64,000 bases of DNA from Camelus ferus (Eukaryota), in assembly GCF_009834535.1 (NCBI RefSeq), contig NC_045707.1, positions 54,686,001-54,750,000 on the forward strand, read 5' to 3'. Shown in pieces: positions 1-12,249 of this stretch. The position numbers and the translations under genes were made by a program. Numbering within the stretch: position 1 is the stretch's first letter; each line of letters opens with the position of its first letter. A model generated the notes under the pieces. That model ran no database searches and was not told the origin of the DNA. It saw nothing but the letters and a program-made list of their open reading frames with translations.

Positions 1-458
1 CTAAGTACTACACAGAAAAACTATTAGAGCTAATAAATGAATTCAACGAGGTAGCAGGATACAAGATTAATACACAGAAATATGTTTTCTTTATACTAAC
101 AATGAAATATCAGAAAGAAAAAGTAAAAAAAAAAATCCCCTTTAAAATCAAGCCCCCCCAACAAAACCTACGAATAAACCTAACCAAGGATATGAAAGAT
201 CTACATACTGAGAACTATAAAATATCAATGAAGGAAACAGGTGATGATACAAATAAATGGAAATATACCCCCTGCTCTTGGATTGGAAGACTTAATATTG
301 TTAAAATGGCCATACTACCCAAAGCAACCTACAGATTTAATGCGATCCCTATCAAATTACTCATGACATTTTTCACAGAAATAGAAAAATAATCAGAACA
401 AACAAAAAAAATGGCCATCATCAAAAAGCCTACAAATAATAAATACTGGAGAGGATGC
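1..458 (+). mobile_element. LINE-1 ORF2 fragment (region C-terminal to the RT core), decayed and internally deleted
   Basis: ORF 102-392 reads KDLHTENYK...KWKYTPCSWIGRLNIVKMAILPKATYRFNAIPIK, a typical L1 ORF2 motif; 410-458 (ATGGCCATCATCAAAAAG...CTGGAGAGGATG) is a much more distal ORF2 segment. Confidence 0.93.
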
Positions 459-609
459 CAGTTTATTTTTTTGCTTGGGATGTGCTACTTCAGTGGTATA
501 AGTATTGAAGGGACATACCATAAAACACTATTCTTTTACATTTGGAATATATTAGAAGTTTTGTTCCCTTTAAGTGAAATCCCCAAATTTTCTTTAAGTT
601 AGTGGAAAT

Positions 610-765
610 AACATTCATCTGAGCATCTACTTTTTGTCAGGTACTTTCGTAGATGCTATATTTTACAGACAAGGAAATAAAAACTCAGAGAGATTAAGTT
701 ACATGCTTAAAGTTACAAAAAGTCTGTGGCAATCATCAAGATTTATACTCAGATCAATCTGCATA
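610..765 (-). mobile_element. MIR SINE fragment
   Basis: TTTTACAGACAAGGAAATAAAAACTCAGAGAGATTAAGTTACATGCTTAAAGTTAC resembles the reverse complement of the MIR core. Confidence 0.75.
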
Positions 766-899
766 TAAAAAACTATGGTACATTAAAAGTTTGGATTTAT
801 AAGCAAAATTGTTTTCATGTTAGACCTTAGCATTTATATATTCTTTTTAAATGAGGGAAAACTTCCACTTTTTTCTATAGTCATATTTCAATAGACTTT

Positions 900-1075
900 A
901 TTTACTGACTCAGTCATTTGGAAGATACTTATTGTGCACCAAATATGTACCAGGTATTTTGATACATATAAGGTCTAAAACAATGACCACAGACAAAACT
1001 CTGGAACCTCATGGAGTTTACATTTTAGGTAGGGAAGACAGATAATAAAATAAATTTGTAAGAAGTATGTTACAT
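900..1075 (-). mobile_element. L2 LINE 3' end fragment
   Basis: TTATTGTGCACCAAATATGTACCAGG...CCTCATGGAGTTTACATTTTAGG resembles the reverse-complemented L2 3' terminus. Confidence 0.7.
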
Positions 1076-2050
1076 AGGGAGATACTTCAAAGTTCTAAGT
1101 ATACAATGATATGAACTTTTTAAAAAAGTTTTGTTAAAACAGACTTCAGCTGAATATGAAGTATACAACTCAACCAATGCAGGGTGCTGAATTAAATTCG
1201 TATATATTTTTAAGCTTGTTTTACCTTACAGACTTCCTGTCATTGTTGTTGGAAAATACATAACAGTTGTTAAATGACAAAGATGAAAATATTTCCTGTA
1301 ACAATGATCTTCTTAAAAAACTGATATTTTAAAGATTTTAGCAAAGTTGTTTTGACTACTAAGGGAATTACCTGAATATGTATAAATCATAAATAGGACA
1401 GCTATTTTTATCTATATTTTATTTATCTATATTTTAGATACACTTCTACATGTATAGTTGTAGAAGCCCTGCTGATTAGTCAACGTTAAATATTTTAAAA
1501 GACTCCAACTAACAGCATATGAAAAGTAGGGCAATTTTTAATAATAAGAAAAAGATGTTGCATCACAAATCTAAAGTGATTCACTGGGAGATGATCTAAA
1601 GCTGTCTGAACATCTGTTTAAAATGGCCCTCAAGAACATGGTTCTTGCTGGATTAAATGAAGATACTTCAGTTTGGAAAATTATAGCTTCTAAAGGACAA
1701 TGCATACCATCATTCCCATTTCTAACCCGTGCTTGTCCTCCAGAGCCCAAACCAGATGCAAACAATTTAATGGCATTTAATGAAATCTTTGGAGGCCCAT
1801 AGTGGAATAGTGCCCACTGGTCGTTAATCAGGTTTGCCAGGTTATTTCATTTATTTTACATTTGCTCCTAAATATATAAAATATAATAATCAGTGTGTTA
1901 TAATTGCCATTGCTCTACACATACCTTTACCTTTTTTTCTGCCTCACAGACTAGATTTCTTTTCTTTTCTTATTTCTTTTTATTTAGGTAAAAGAAAATA
2001 GCTCTAAATGACAGGAACATCATCCTTTAGCTCTGTTTTCTCCATTACAG

Positions 2051-2180
2051 GAGACATGACTGCACATGCAAAACTACTCTGCCCAGGGAATTGTTATTTG
2101 AAGCGTTTAAATCCACTGTGGGAAAACAATCAAGTGGACATATAAATGTGATTGAAAAAATTCCAAATTGTTACCTTTGA
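2051..2180 (+). other. Candidate 3'-terminal coding exon, unidentified (RHDCTCKTTLPRELLFEAFKSTVGKQSSGHINVIEKIPNCYL*)
   Basis: Acceptor-like CTCTGTTTTCTCCATTACAG|G at 2050/2051, then 42 open codons (2052-2177) and TGA at 2178-2180, in non-repetitive sequence; protein not recognised. Confidence 0.25.
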
Positions 2181-2711
2181 AGCTACTTTTGCAAGATAAA
2201 CATTACTCTCTACAATTTCATTTATTCTGTGGGCTTTTATTTTTTTCTTTCTCAAGACAGTAGTAACTAATATAAAATATTTTTATTCCTTCATTTAAGT
2301 GAAAGCTCAAAAATGCCTGGAATATATTTGATATTTTTATGTCACAATGTGCTTATCAATTTAATTTTCTTAGAAAATCTTTTAGTTTCTATCTCAGAGA
2401 AAGGCAAAACAACAAGTACAACCTACTTGCTGAGAATAATCACATTATATTTACAGAATTCTTTGGCTGTATGGAACTTATTATGATTTGAGAAAAATTA
2501 AAACAATTTTTTTCCAATGTATTCTTAGTTTTTACATTACATATAGTAATTTTATTTTTCATGAGACAGGGCTTGTCAGACAAATTCAATCAAAAATATG
2601 AAATCACATTCAGTTCTCCTCAAAGAGAGCCAGAGACTGCCAATCTTCTACAAGCTACATCCAAAGATGGGGAGTGAAGAAGGACTTACCTTTACTGAGA
2701 ATGAAAGGGGT

Positions 2712-2839
2712 ATTATTCCACTGGCACCTAGTGGGCAGAGGACATAAATGCTAAATGTAGAATGCACAAGACAGCTCCCACAACAACAAAAAAATTACCT
2801 GGTGTAAAATGTCAATAGTGTCAAAGTTGAGAAACCCTG
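2712..2839 (+). mobile_element. MER20 (hAT-Charlie MITE), 3' half
   Basis: CTGGCACCTAGTGGGCAGAGG...AAAATGTCAATAGTGTCAAAGTTGAGAAACCCTG resembles the MER20 3' half and terminus. Confidence 0.85.
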
Positions 2840-3019
2840 GCTAAGATAAAGACAGTCTTGTTATTGCCAGTCCCTAAGACTCATTGAAGAGTTCTATAGA
2901 ACCCATTCTTCTACATGGAAAAAAGGAAGACACCATTCTGTCCCTAGAATCTTATTCTGTGAATGTTTTACACATCAACACTCGAAACACTCCCACATTA
3001 AAAAAGATAAAGTTGCTGA

Positions 3020-4520
3020 CTCATCCATCTATTAATTAACTCATCCAACAAATATTCATTACAAACTCCTATATGACAATTCCTGTGCTATTATACACAG
3101 ATACACAGTCTATACACAAGGATATTACAATTGGACATAAATGTTCTAGGGAAGCAGGGAATGATAGTTGGTTTGTTCAATGTTGTAGTTTTCAGTTACT
3201 AGCATAAAGCCTGAACACATAAGGCTTAATAAATATTTGTTGCACTAACAAAAAAAGTACTGAATGTATTAATTTGTGTGACATGACAAGTATGCACCAG
3301 GCACACTGGGAGTTTAGAGAAGGAAATAACATGCATGGTCATGTGTGTGTCAGAAGGGTCTTCACAGATGAGGTAGCATTTGACCTAAGTCTAAAGAAAT
3401 GATAAAATTATTGAGAAATAATGAGTTTATTGGAGAGGGGTGAGTGATCTTAGAAAAGATGATAGATTAGGTTTTTGCACAAGTTAGGCTTTAGAAGATA
3501 AAGCATTTTTGTTGGACGATCAGGTGGACTATTACAGTTGTGGGTCTGCAGCTCATGAGAAAGTCTAGTGCTAGTGGTATCAACTGAGGAGGCAGCCACA
3601 TAGTGGTAAAACAACAGCTTGAGGGTGGAAGAATATCTGAGTGAGAAAACAGAGAGAAGAACATAGCAGGAGAGAGAGAGAGAAGCAGAGGGAGAACGAG
3701 AGATTCAAGTGTTTGTAGAAGTAAGGGATACGGATGAGACTCAAGTACCATGAGAGCCAAGATAAAACTGATTTTTAAAAAGGAATTACTGGTTATGTGA
3801 CAAATAATGAAAAGAAGTCCATGAAGATGAGGTTTCAGAGAGGTCACTGTGTTTTTCATTAGGAGATCCAATATGTCATACATTTATGCCAGGTGATAGA
3901 AAGGACAAGGGACAGAGATCAAGGGAAAGTTACCTGAGAGAGATGTGAAATTTCACTCCTTTTTGTAGCACCACTTTCCTGGTTCACAGCCTCATTCTAT
4001 TTTACTTGGGCTACAGCCATAGCCTCCTAAACAGACCTTCCTTGGTATAAGGCCTTAAAATGAACAGCTTCAGTGTGAGTCTTTGAAATCTCAAATTTGA
4101 GCACATTACTCCCTTGCTCAAAAGCCACCACTGACTAGTCATCTATAGTCCCAAATTTTTATCCTGTTTTTCAAAGCCCTTCATTTTCTGTTTCTACTTT
4201 TTCTTATCTTATTGGTTTCATCACAGTTTGCATAATTACATAACAGGCAGTTTTCTGTATTTACTCCATTATTTCTTGCCTGAACATGCTTTCTCATGTT
4301 TTTATTTTACCCACCTGGGAATGTTACTTCTTTAGTTCCTCAGTGTCAGTACCCTAGGCATCTTTCATGTTATGGATTTAATATTGTCTTTTCATTTACA
4401 CTCACACTGAGTCTTCCCACCTGCAGATCATTTCTGTTTTCCATTCTTCTGAAGTATCTTCAGACCACCCTCATTGCACTTATGTACCTTTTTTTTAATT
4501 ATATTTATTTACCTTAGTTG
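3020..4520. mobile_element. Cluster of decayed L2 fragments in both orientations
   Basis: L2 3'-end motifs (CATCCAACAAATATTCATT at about 3043; TTAATAAATATTTGTTG at about 3226), a purine-rich minus-strand body at 3290-3950 and a pyrimidine-rich plus-strand body at 3960-4520. Confidence 0.6.
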
Positions 4521-4569
4521 ATATGGATATTGCCTGCCTGGCCAGCATCTATTCCATACATGTCTCTTA

Positions 4570-5040
4570 GTGGCAGCCTAATTTAAATTGAATACCTAGG
4601 CCATGGTATTTCTTGTAGGATTAACCCTATTCCCGTGGCTATGGTGAACTGGCTTTTGACCCAAGTGAGCAGGGCAGAGCAATCAAACTTCAACACTCGC
4701 ATTTTTCTCATACTGTAAAGAATGATATGTTCACATTCTGCTGGAGTCATTTAAGCGACAGAATTAATGTCGTGAAGAGGAACTGCCTGGGTAGGAATCA
4801 AGTCAATATAGATTAAAATGGATTTGAGAAGAAATGACAGATGAAGTGAAAAAGTTCAAATTCTAATGAAACATTCTGGATTTAGGAATTCTGTATTGCA
4901 GAACTACATTCATTTGTGTTCTGCATGAGTGATATCTCCTGAAATTTTGTGATGTGGCAGCCTGACATTTAGTTATGAGCCAATCCATTCCCATTCTCAG
5001 ATTAATCCAATTTGAGATCCTGCCACTGTCATTTGCAAAT
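4570..5040 (+). mobile_element. Old MaLR solo LTR (MLT1J/K-like)
   Basis: 3' part TTTAGTTATGAGCCAATCCATTCCCATT...TTAATCCAATTTGAG...TGTCATTTGCAA resembles the MLT1J/K terminus. Confidence 0.55.
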
Positions 5041-7142
5041 TAAATAAGTGGTATATTTATATGTAGCTTTTAAAAACATTTCTTCTACCAGAGAATACAT
5101 TCACAGATATTCTATTTGCTTGCTCATTTTGAATTCAAATGGTTCCTTACAGTGCTTTCTGCATAGTAAACAAATTTATGTTTTAGTGTATTGTATTAAG
5201 ATGGCTGGTTCTAAGATTAAATGAATGTCAACAGAGAAAAAATTGAGGACCATAAAACACAGAGGAATGGTTTATATAGTATGTACAGGGCTGGTAATTT
5301 AGGGAAAATAGTAGATAAAGTTTTCTTTGGCAGAAAGTCATTTGTTTCTGAAACACTGAATTTAAAAATTCAAAAAAATTATAATTTATGGCACTCTGGT
5401 TATTTGAACTTATGAATCATTGTTATAGTTCGTTGTTTATTCTATTATTTTTATTACAGAATTTTTATTTGTATAACTGATAAACTGGGCATTATGGAGG
5501 TAGATTTAGATTAATATATATCTATGTATCTATCTCAGTAACTATATCTTAGAAAAAATATAAGCTCATTCTCAATGCTTGAGAAAGTAGTTTCATACAT
5601 ATACACCCACACTTCAACTCCAGTAGAGCCATAATAATAAGTGACATCCTGTCAGCATTTGGTAAGAAATCTAAAGAAAATCACTATCATGATTTTCCCT
5701 TCCTCCTAGATTTATTGGCTAATTTTTAAAATTCTCCAACCCAGAACCCTGTTCCACTCAGTCCTCACTTTTTTTTTTGTAAATGTTTTAAACACATTAG
5801 TGAGTATCTTTATACTATAACAAAGATGTATAAGATCTTGAACAGTGTTTTACTGGTTTTAAAAAATCCATGAAAAGAAGTAGGGCTAGGGGAAGAAAGA
5901 ATGCAGGAAAAATGATTTTACTAGTGTTCACATTGTAGTTGAAAATAGTGATTGTGAGCATGAGACACAAACATCAACGGGCTTCTAAAATGGCAAAAAG
6001 TATTTAAGTTAAAGTGAGTAGGAATTGAGTCCTCTAAGGTTTGGAATGCTAGAGAGGATGACTGTGCTAGGCGTGGAATCATTTTCTCTGACATTATTAA
6101 TGGTAAGTCAAATCATTACTTTTCTGGCCTCTCTCCAAGGCAATTATGCCTGGAGATGCGAGGATGGACTAGATGACTTCTTAAAATGCTTCCTTTGATT
6201 TGTAACTATCAAGATGAGTATATGTAGACATCAATACACATGTACTCAATTTGAGAAATAGCAGTGCTCCAGATACGTGTGGCGTAGCAGATGCTTACTC
6301 CCTTAAGAATCCAATGGAAATATCTCTGTCTATAGACAAACATGTGAAATAGAAATTCAAAGACGTTTCTCAAGATTACTTTTACCCTTCATGATAACAA
6401 TCCACCTAAGGCATTTTAGTGAAAGTTCCATGATAAAAATTGTAAAATTTTCTAAGTACATTTTTCCTGCTTAGAAAAAAATGTCCAGTAAGTTAAATAA
6501 TGTGATGCAAATTAGTACCATTATAAAACATCCAAAAATGAACTAAGCTAACAGGAACAGGAAATAACTCATTATGTCTTTTAATTACATTTACATGGTT
6601 ACTAGTCAAACAGAGAAAAACATTTAGATTTCTATTCTTGTGTAGTTCTGACTCTAAAACATACTTTATTTTTAAGCAGCTCTGATAGTTCCTTTAAAAT
6701 AACAAAAATTCTTAAATTATCTAAGAGAAAATCAAATCATGGGTTCATAATGAAAATTCAAGCTTCATCCTTGGATATTTATTCTCAATGGATTTTAATA
6801 CTGCTATTCTCTTTTCACTTTACTTACGCAGTAGGAAACTAGTTTGAGGCAAACCAACATTATTTCTCTGAGCAGTTAAAGCTTAGAAAACACTTAATGC
6901 TGATAATGTAAGGTAATGAGAATGGCTGGCATAATCTTTATGTAGATACAAAGAATTTTCCCAGGGCTTTCAGCAGGGCTTAAGATATTGTTAAAAAATA
7001 CTGCTGAACTATTTCATAAAGCATGACTTTTAACCATAAATAAAATTAATAATAATAAAACTTGGCATAAACTCTGCCCACTAGAAATAGATCTGTTTTG
7101 AAACTAATCTATAACTATATAAGATAATCCTGAGACTTTTTT

Positions 7143-7546
7143 CCTTTTCTTTTTTTTAAATTGTATAGTCAGTTTACAATGTTACATCAATTTCTGATAT
7201 ACAGTATAATGTTTCAGTCATACATATGCATACATATATTCCTTTTCATATTTTTTCATTATAGATTACTACGAGATACTGAATATAGTTCCCTGTGCTA
7301 TACAGTATAAGCTTGTTGTTTATCTATTTTATATATAGTAGTTAGTATCTGCAAATCTCGAACTCCCAATTTATCCCTTCCCACCCCTTTTCTTTCCTGG
7401 TAACCATAAGCTTGTTTTCTATGTCTGTGAGTCTGTTCTGCTTTGTAAATAAGTTCATTTGTATCTTTTTTTTTTAGATTCCACATATAAGTGAAATCAT
7501 AGGGTATTTTTCTTTCTCTTTCTGGTTTACTTCACTTAGAATGACA
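7143..7546 (-). mobile_element. 5'-truncated young L1: 3' UTR plus poly(A)
   Basis: T-run, then TTGTATAGTCAGTTTACAATGTT...GAATATAGTTCCCTGTGCTATACAGTA...TTACTTCACTTAGAATGACA; similar to the 3' UTRs at 38800 and 44400-44790; imperfect TSD TGAGACTTTT (7131)/TGAGATTTTT (7556). Confidence 0.92.
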
Positions 7547-8169
7547 TCATTCTAATGAGATTTTTAAATCAAAATCCAAAAAATATATATTTTCCTAAAT
7601 TTTTTGATGTAATACTTATCTGTGATCAAATATGATAAAGTTCAAGGTACAGAAAAGAAAGCTATACACTCTTCCATATTACATGATGATGTAGCTTACT
7701 TTTCCAATTCCTAACAAATATTCTAGCACACAGTGCTCTTAGTTAGGTAATTTACTTTTCTCTTGTGCTTAAATAATATATACTCTTTATTAACTTTGAC
7801 TGCAATGTAGTCCAAAACTTTTCAGTAAAATCTCCCCTCCCCTTGTTCCCATCATCAATGATATTCTCATTTTATACCTGTTCTGCCACAGGCACTTAAA
7901 GTCTGGGACTCATGACTCAAGTCCAAGCTATGTACCAAAACAACTTCAATTCCTGATAACACTTTGCAGACTAGGTCCTTAAGGAAAGCCTACTAGTTCT
8001 GAGAACTAGGCCACCAAGCTACCCACCCTCAAGGAATGAGGATCTCTAAGTTTATACAAGACTCATTGAGTTCTCCGGGCTTAATCTGGCTATTTTAATT
8101 CTAGTTCTCTTTTTGTGATTAATTTCCCAATTATTTGCCTTATATTTAAATAATATGTAGCTCTGTTTC

Positions 8170-10215
8170 CCTAGTAATGCTTGCTACCTAAAAATCTTTT
8201 GGTCTAGTATTACTACAGCTACTTTAGCTTTCCTTTGATTTGTATTTGCGTATTTTTCTAGGGATTTACTTTCAAAATCGGTCCTTATGTTTAGTATGTC
8301 TTTGTAAACGTAGGTTGGATAGTTCTTTTTTGTTTGTTTTGTTTATTTTTTGTTTTGTTTTGGTATGTGGTTACTAACAAAATTTGATTTCTACATTTTA
8401 TTGTGTGTTTCTCTTTGTCCTACTTTTTACACCCACCCACGGTCTCCTTTCCACCCCCGACCCCCCAAACTTTATTCCTTTCTGTTGACTGGGAGATACA
8501 TTTCCATCTTCCATTTAAACAATTTATGGAACTTTGAAGATGTTAATTCCAGTTAGACACCTCATGACTCATAAGGTTGTACAGTATTTTAATTGTATTA
8601 TGTTTTATAATCTCACCAAACATATCAGTAATATTATCTTGTACAGCCAAAGTTTTTTACATTTATGTTTTTGGACTTTGGATTTTCTTTACCCAGCATA
8701 GGTTTTTGTACTTCCAACTTTCCTCTCTGTTCATTTTGCTAATTTCTGCTGTATAATCTAGAAAAATTCTTTAGCAAGGCTCTATTGGTTGTATCATCTC
8801 AGGTTTTAGTTTTCCTAAAACTATTCTTTTTAATATGCTCTCATTGAATAATGGTCCATCTAGGTATATGATTTTAGAGTACCAATTGTTTTTCTCAGTT
8901 ATTTGAGGATATAATTCTGATTTCCATTGTGGCAGCTGAAAATGTCAACTGTCAGTTTAATTTGTGTCTGTCTTTAATTGTGGGAGGCTTGGGGGTGGGG
9001 AGGTGGGCATAGTTTGTCTTTTTCCCTGCAGCTTCTTTTAAGATATTCTCTTATTTTCATTTATCTGAAGTTTCATTATAATGTGTCTTATCCATCACAG
9101 TAAGATTTTTTTCTTTCCAAAATCTTATTTATTTGTATTTTGGGGCAGTTTTGGGTATCTCATCCAATAGCTCTTTGAATTTCATTTCTCATTCATACTC
9201 TGTTTCCTCTTTCTGAATCTCTTCATTCTATTTTTCTCATGGTTAATCTCTTTTTATTTCTCTTTCTGCATTATGGGGAAAATACTCAGATACATTTTCT
9301 CATTTACAACTTCTCACTTCAGCTGTTTCCCACGTACTGTTTAGTCTATGAAATAATTTTTAAGTTTAATTGTTACACTTTTTTTTTCATTTCTAAAGCT
9401 ATTTGGCTCTTTTAAAAATTCTGCTGGGTCCTTTTTTTATAGTCTTTTGTTCCTTTGTCATATTTTACATACCTTCTTTAAAATTTTAAGCCTACCAAAT
9501 AATTCTTACTTAAGTAGAAATGTAAACTTAGTGTCAACTATTATTCTAATGCTAAAATCTGCAGTCTTTATGAATCTACTTCTGTTTGTTATTATTTCTT
9601 ACACTCATGCTGGCTTGTTTTATTGTTTATTTTTAGCTTTTACTGTGAGCTTAATTTCTTTGGGACTTTACCCTGTGGTAGGACATTAAGCTCTGGGCTG
9701 AAGGTGATTTTAACCAGGGAGGAGTTTCCTTCTGCCAGGCATCTGGGACACTACCAATCTGGAACTATTTTAAATTCAATTCTGGTTTGTGATTAGAAAT
9801 TCTTAGGGGGGATTTCTTTTTCCTCTCCACCTATCCAGAATCAAGGCTGAGGCAATCTTTCATAACATCCCCTTTTGGGTCATGACATTTCATTAAGGTA
9901 TCCCTCCAACCTCTCTTCTCACACAGGCCCTGGACTTTACTTTCCATTGCATACTTATGTGAACTTTTAAAATAGTAAGCTGCAGACAAGGAATGGCAGA
10001 TGTCTTAATGCGGATGTTGGCTTTAGTCCCTGATGGCCTCTCCAAAGTCATGTTTTCTTATAATTTTGTTCTCTGAGAACTTCCCTCCCTTTATTACTAA
10101 TTTATTATAAATTCAAAGTATATTAATAAATATTATACTCAGCATTTTTAATTTTCCAGTTTTGAAAGGATTTCTTCAGTTATTTAGTGTGTCATATTTC
10201 CAGAAATAGAAGTGC
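8170..10215 (-). mobile_element. Ancient L1 (L1ME/L1M-like): 5' UTR, ORF1 and ORF2-start remnant
   Basis: T-rich strand with antisense L1 motifs (TATTACTACAGCTACTTTAGCTTTCCTTTGATTTGTATTTGC; TTTCCATTGTGGCAGCTGAAAATGTCAACTGTCAG; TTTTAAGATATTCTC). Confidence 0.65.
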
Positions 10216-10310
10216 CTAAACTGATTCTATATATTTACTATGGGCTGATAAAGGAACCTCGTTCTACACAGTGCATGCGGACCATCCACCTCATGAGTTT
10301 ATTTGTAGAC

Positions 10311-10762
10311 TCTACTGAGTTGAATAGTGTCCCCTCAAAATGCAAGTCCACCTGAAACTTGTGAATGGGACTGTATTTGGAAATAAGCTCTTTATAGTGT
10401 AATCAAGTTAAAATGAGGCTACACTAGATTAAGGAAGACTCTATATTCAGTATGATCGGTGTCTTTCTAAAGAGAAGAAGAGACAGAGTAAAACACACTA
10501 GGAAGATTCCACATAATAAACAGAAGCAGAGACTGGAGTGATCCATCTACAGACCAAGAAGCACCTAAGGACTGCAGGCAACAACTAGAAGCCAGGTAAG
10601 AGGTGGGCAATACATTCTCCCTCAGAACTTTCAGAAGGAACTAACCTGTGGACATCTTGATTTCAGATTTCTAGCCTCCAGACTGTGACAGAACAAATTT
10701 CTTTCGTTTTAAGCCACCAGGTTTCTGGTAATTTGTTACAATAGCTCTAGACAACTAATATA
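10311..10762 (+). mobile_element. MaLR solo LTR (MLT1B/C-like)
   Basis: Starts ...GAGTTGAATAGTGTCCCCTCAAAA; contains TATTTGGAAATAAG and GACATCTTGATTTCAGATTTCTAGCCTCCAGACTGTGA; ends TTTGTTACAATAGCTCTAGACAACTAATA. Confidence 0.9.
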
Positions 10763-11498
10763 TATTAGCCGTGGAACCCCCTGATTTTCTTCTAATGTAT
10801 GCATCCTAAGTTTTATTTGCATCTGTGGATATGCATCAATAGTCATTCACTCCACATACAGAGAATATATTTTATGCCTAAAACCTGAGGCATTATTGTA
10901 GAAACTTTATTTTCATGACTTTCTAAAAGAATGAAATCATATAAAGTTCATAACATTATGTTTAAAGACAGAGAGTGAAAATCACTTAATCATTTTGATG
11001 TGTTAATCACTACTTTAGAAACAGACTCTAAGCAGTTAAAATCAGAACTCTTGCAATAATCTTTAAAAGGAAAACAAACCAAAATATTCTATAGTCTATC
11101 CATAATAGAAAATTTCCAGATGGAAACTGTCAGGATAATTTCTGGAATTCTTTAATGCTATCAAGCCTATGACATGCATACAAGATATATGATAACATAG
11201 ATATATGTTATATTGGTTTCTTGCTTGAGGAAGTATTAAGATATATTGTTGCTCAAGGTAAATATTGACTTTAGAATTTGGACACTCAATATTTGCCTCA
11301 TCCATCAACATATTTTGAGAGTCCCTTCAGCGTTCAATATTTCCTTAGTGTTAAATGAAATGACAGGAGTAAAAGCAGTTCATCTTTGTGCTCCCTCTAG
11401 CAGATTTTACAGAAGGTTTATTTGGAACTAGAAAACAAACTACATCAATAGGATTTCTTTAAAAAAAAAACAACTAGCCTCTTGCTAGATAGGTGTGA

Positions 11499-11500
<2 letters not shown>

Positions 11501-11538
<38 letters not shown>
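11501..11538 (+). repeat. (GT)19 microsatellite
   Basis: Perfect dinucleotide run. Confidence 0.97.
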
Positions 11539-11539
<1 letters not shown>

Positions 11540-12249
11540 CCTGCATTAGCAGCACGAAACAGATGAAACACTAATGTAAACTTTACCGAGTTGTAAGCAT
11601 GAGATTTGGGGAAGAGTCATATAATTGTGATGTCAAGATAAATTCCCAAGGATTGTTTATTTTCTTATGTTGACCTCAATTTCTTCTTAATCATTGTCAA
11701 AATAACTGTTTTGTCTATGTGATAAATATATCCTTAATAGCAGTCTATATATTACCTCACATAGATAATATATATTAAATATACATTCATACCCACATCT
11801 ATATGTAGATATATAGATCTATGTATGTATAGGTCTATGTATATCTATCTATAGATATATGTGTCTATCTATCCATTATCTATCGAGAGAGCTTACACAC
11901 ATACATATGATAAATACAGAAAGCTACTAAACGTTAAAATAGAAAACAAGTATCAGTCTCTGGTGTGAGCCAACCTTATTTCAGCTGTCTACTTACATGC
12001 TGATAGATACAAACATTGACTCTGGAAGCTTTCAGGCTAAAGTTTTAATGTTCAATTCTATTGGAGACTGGTACCCATTCTCCTTCCTCCACATTATGCT
12101 ATTCAAAACATTTAACTACTTACCATTGAAACAATCTCCATTATCATAAGACAGCTATCAATCCACAACTGATCCTGATCATGGCAGTACACAACCATAC
12201 TCTGGTGGATATTCTCAACATCCTTAAGGCATACTCCTTCCATGGCCCT

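Noticed and set aside
102..392. L1-like ORFs (also 21085-21495 and 39172-39573) as host genes or active retroelements
   Set aside because: Short, frameshifted fragments of truncated LINE-1 ORF2; no full-length element in the window.
3491..3883. Hydrophobic 130-aa ORF (likewise 15091-15438, 16897-17235, 19796-20128, 22278-22595)
   Set aside because: Leu/Ser/Phe richness comes from pyrimidine-rich strands of decayed repeats, not from membrane proteins.
11760..11900. Multiple short palindromes in a TA/GA-rich tract
   Set aside because: Expected from low-complexity (TA)/(TAGA) composition.
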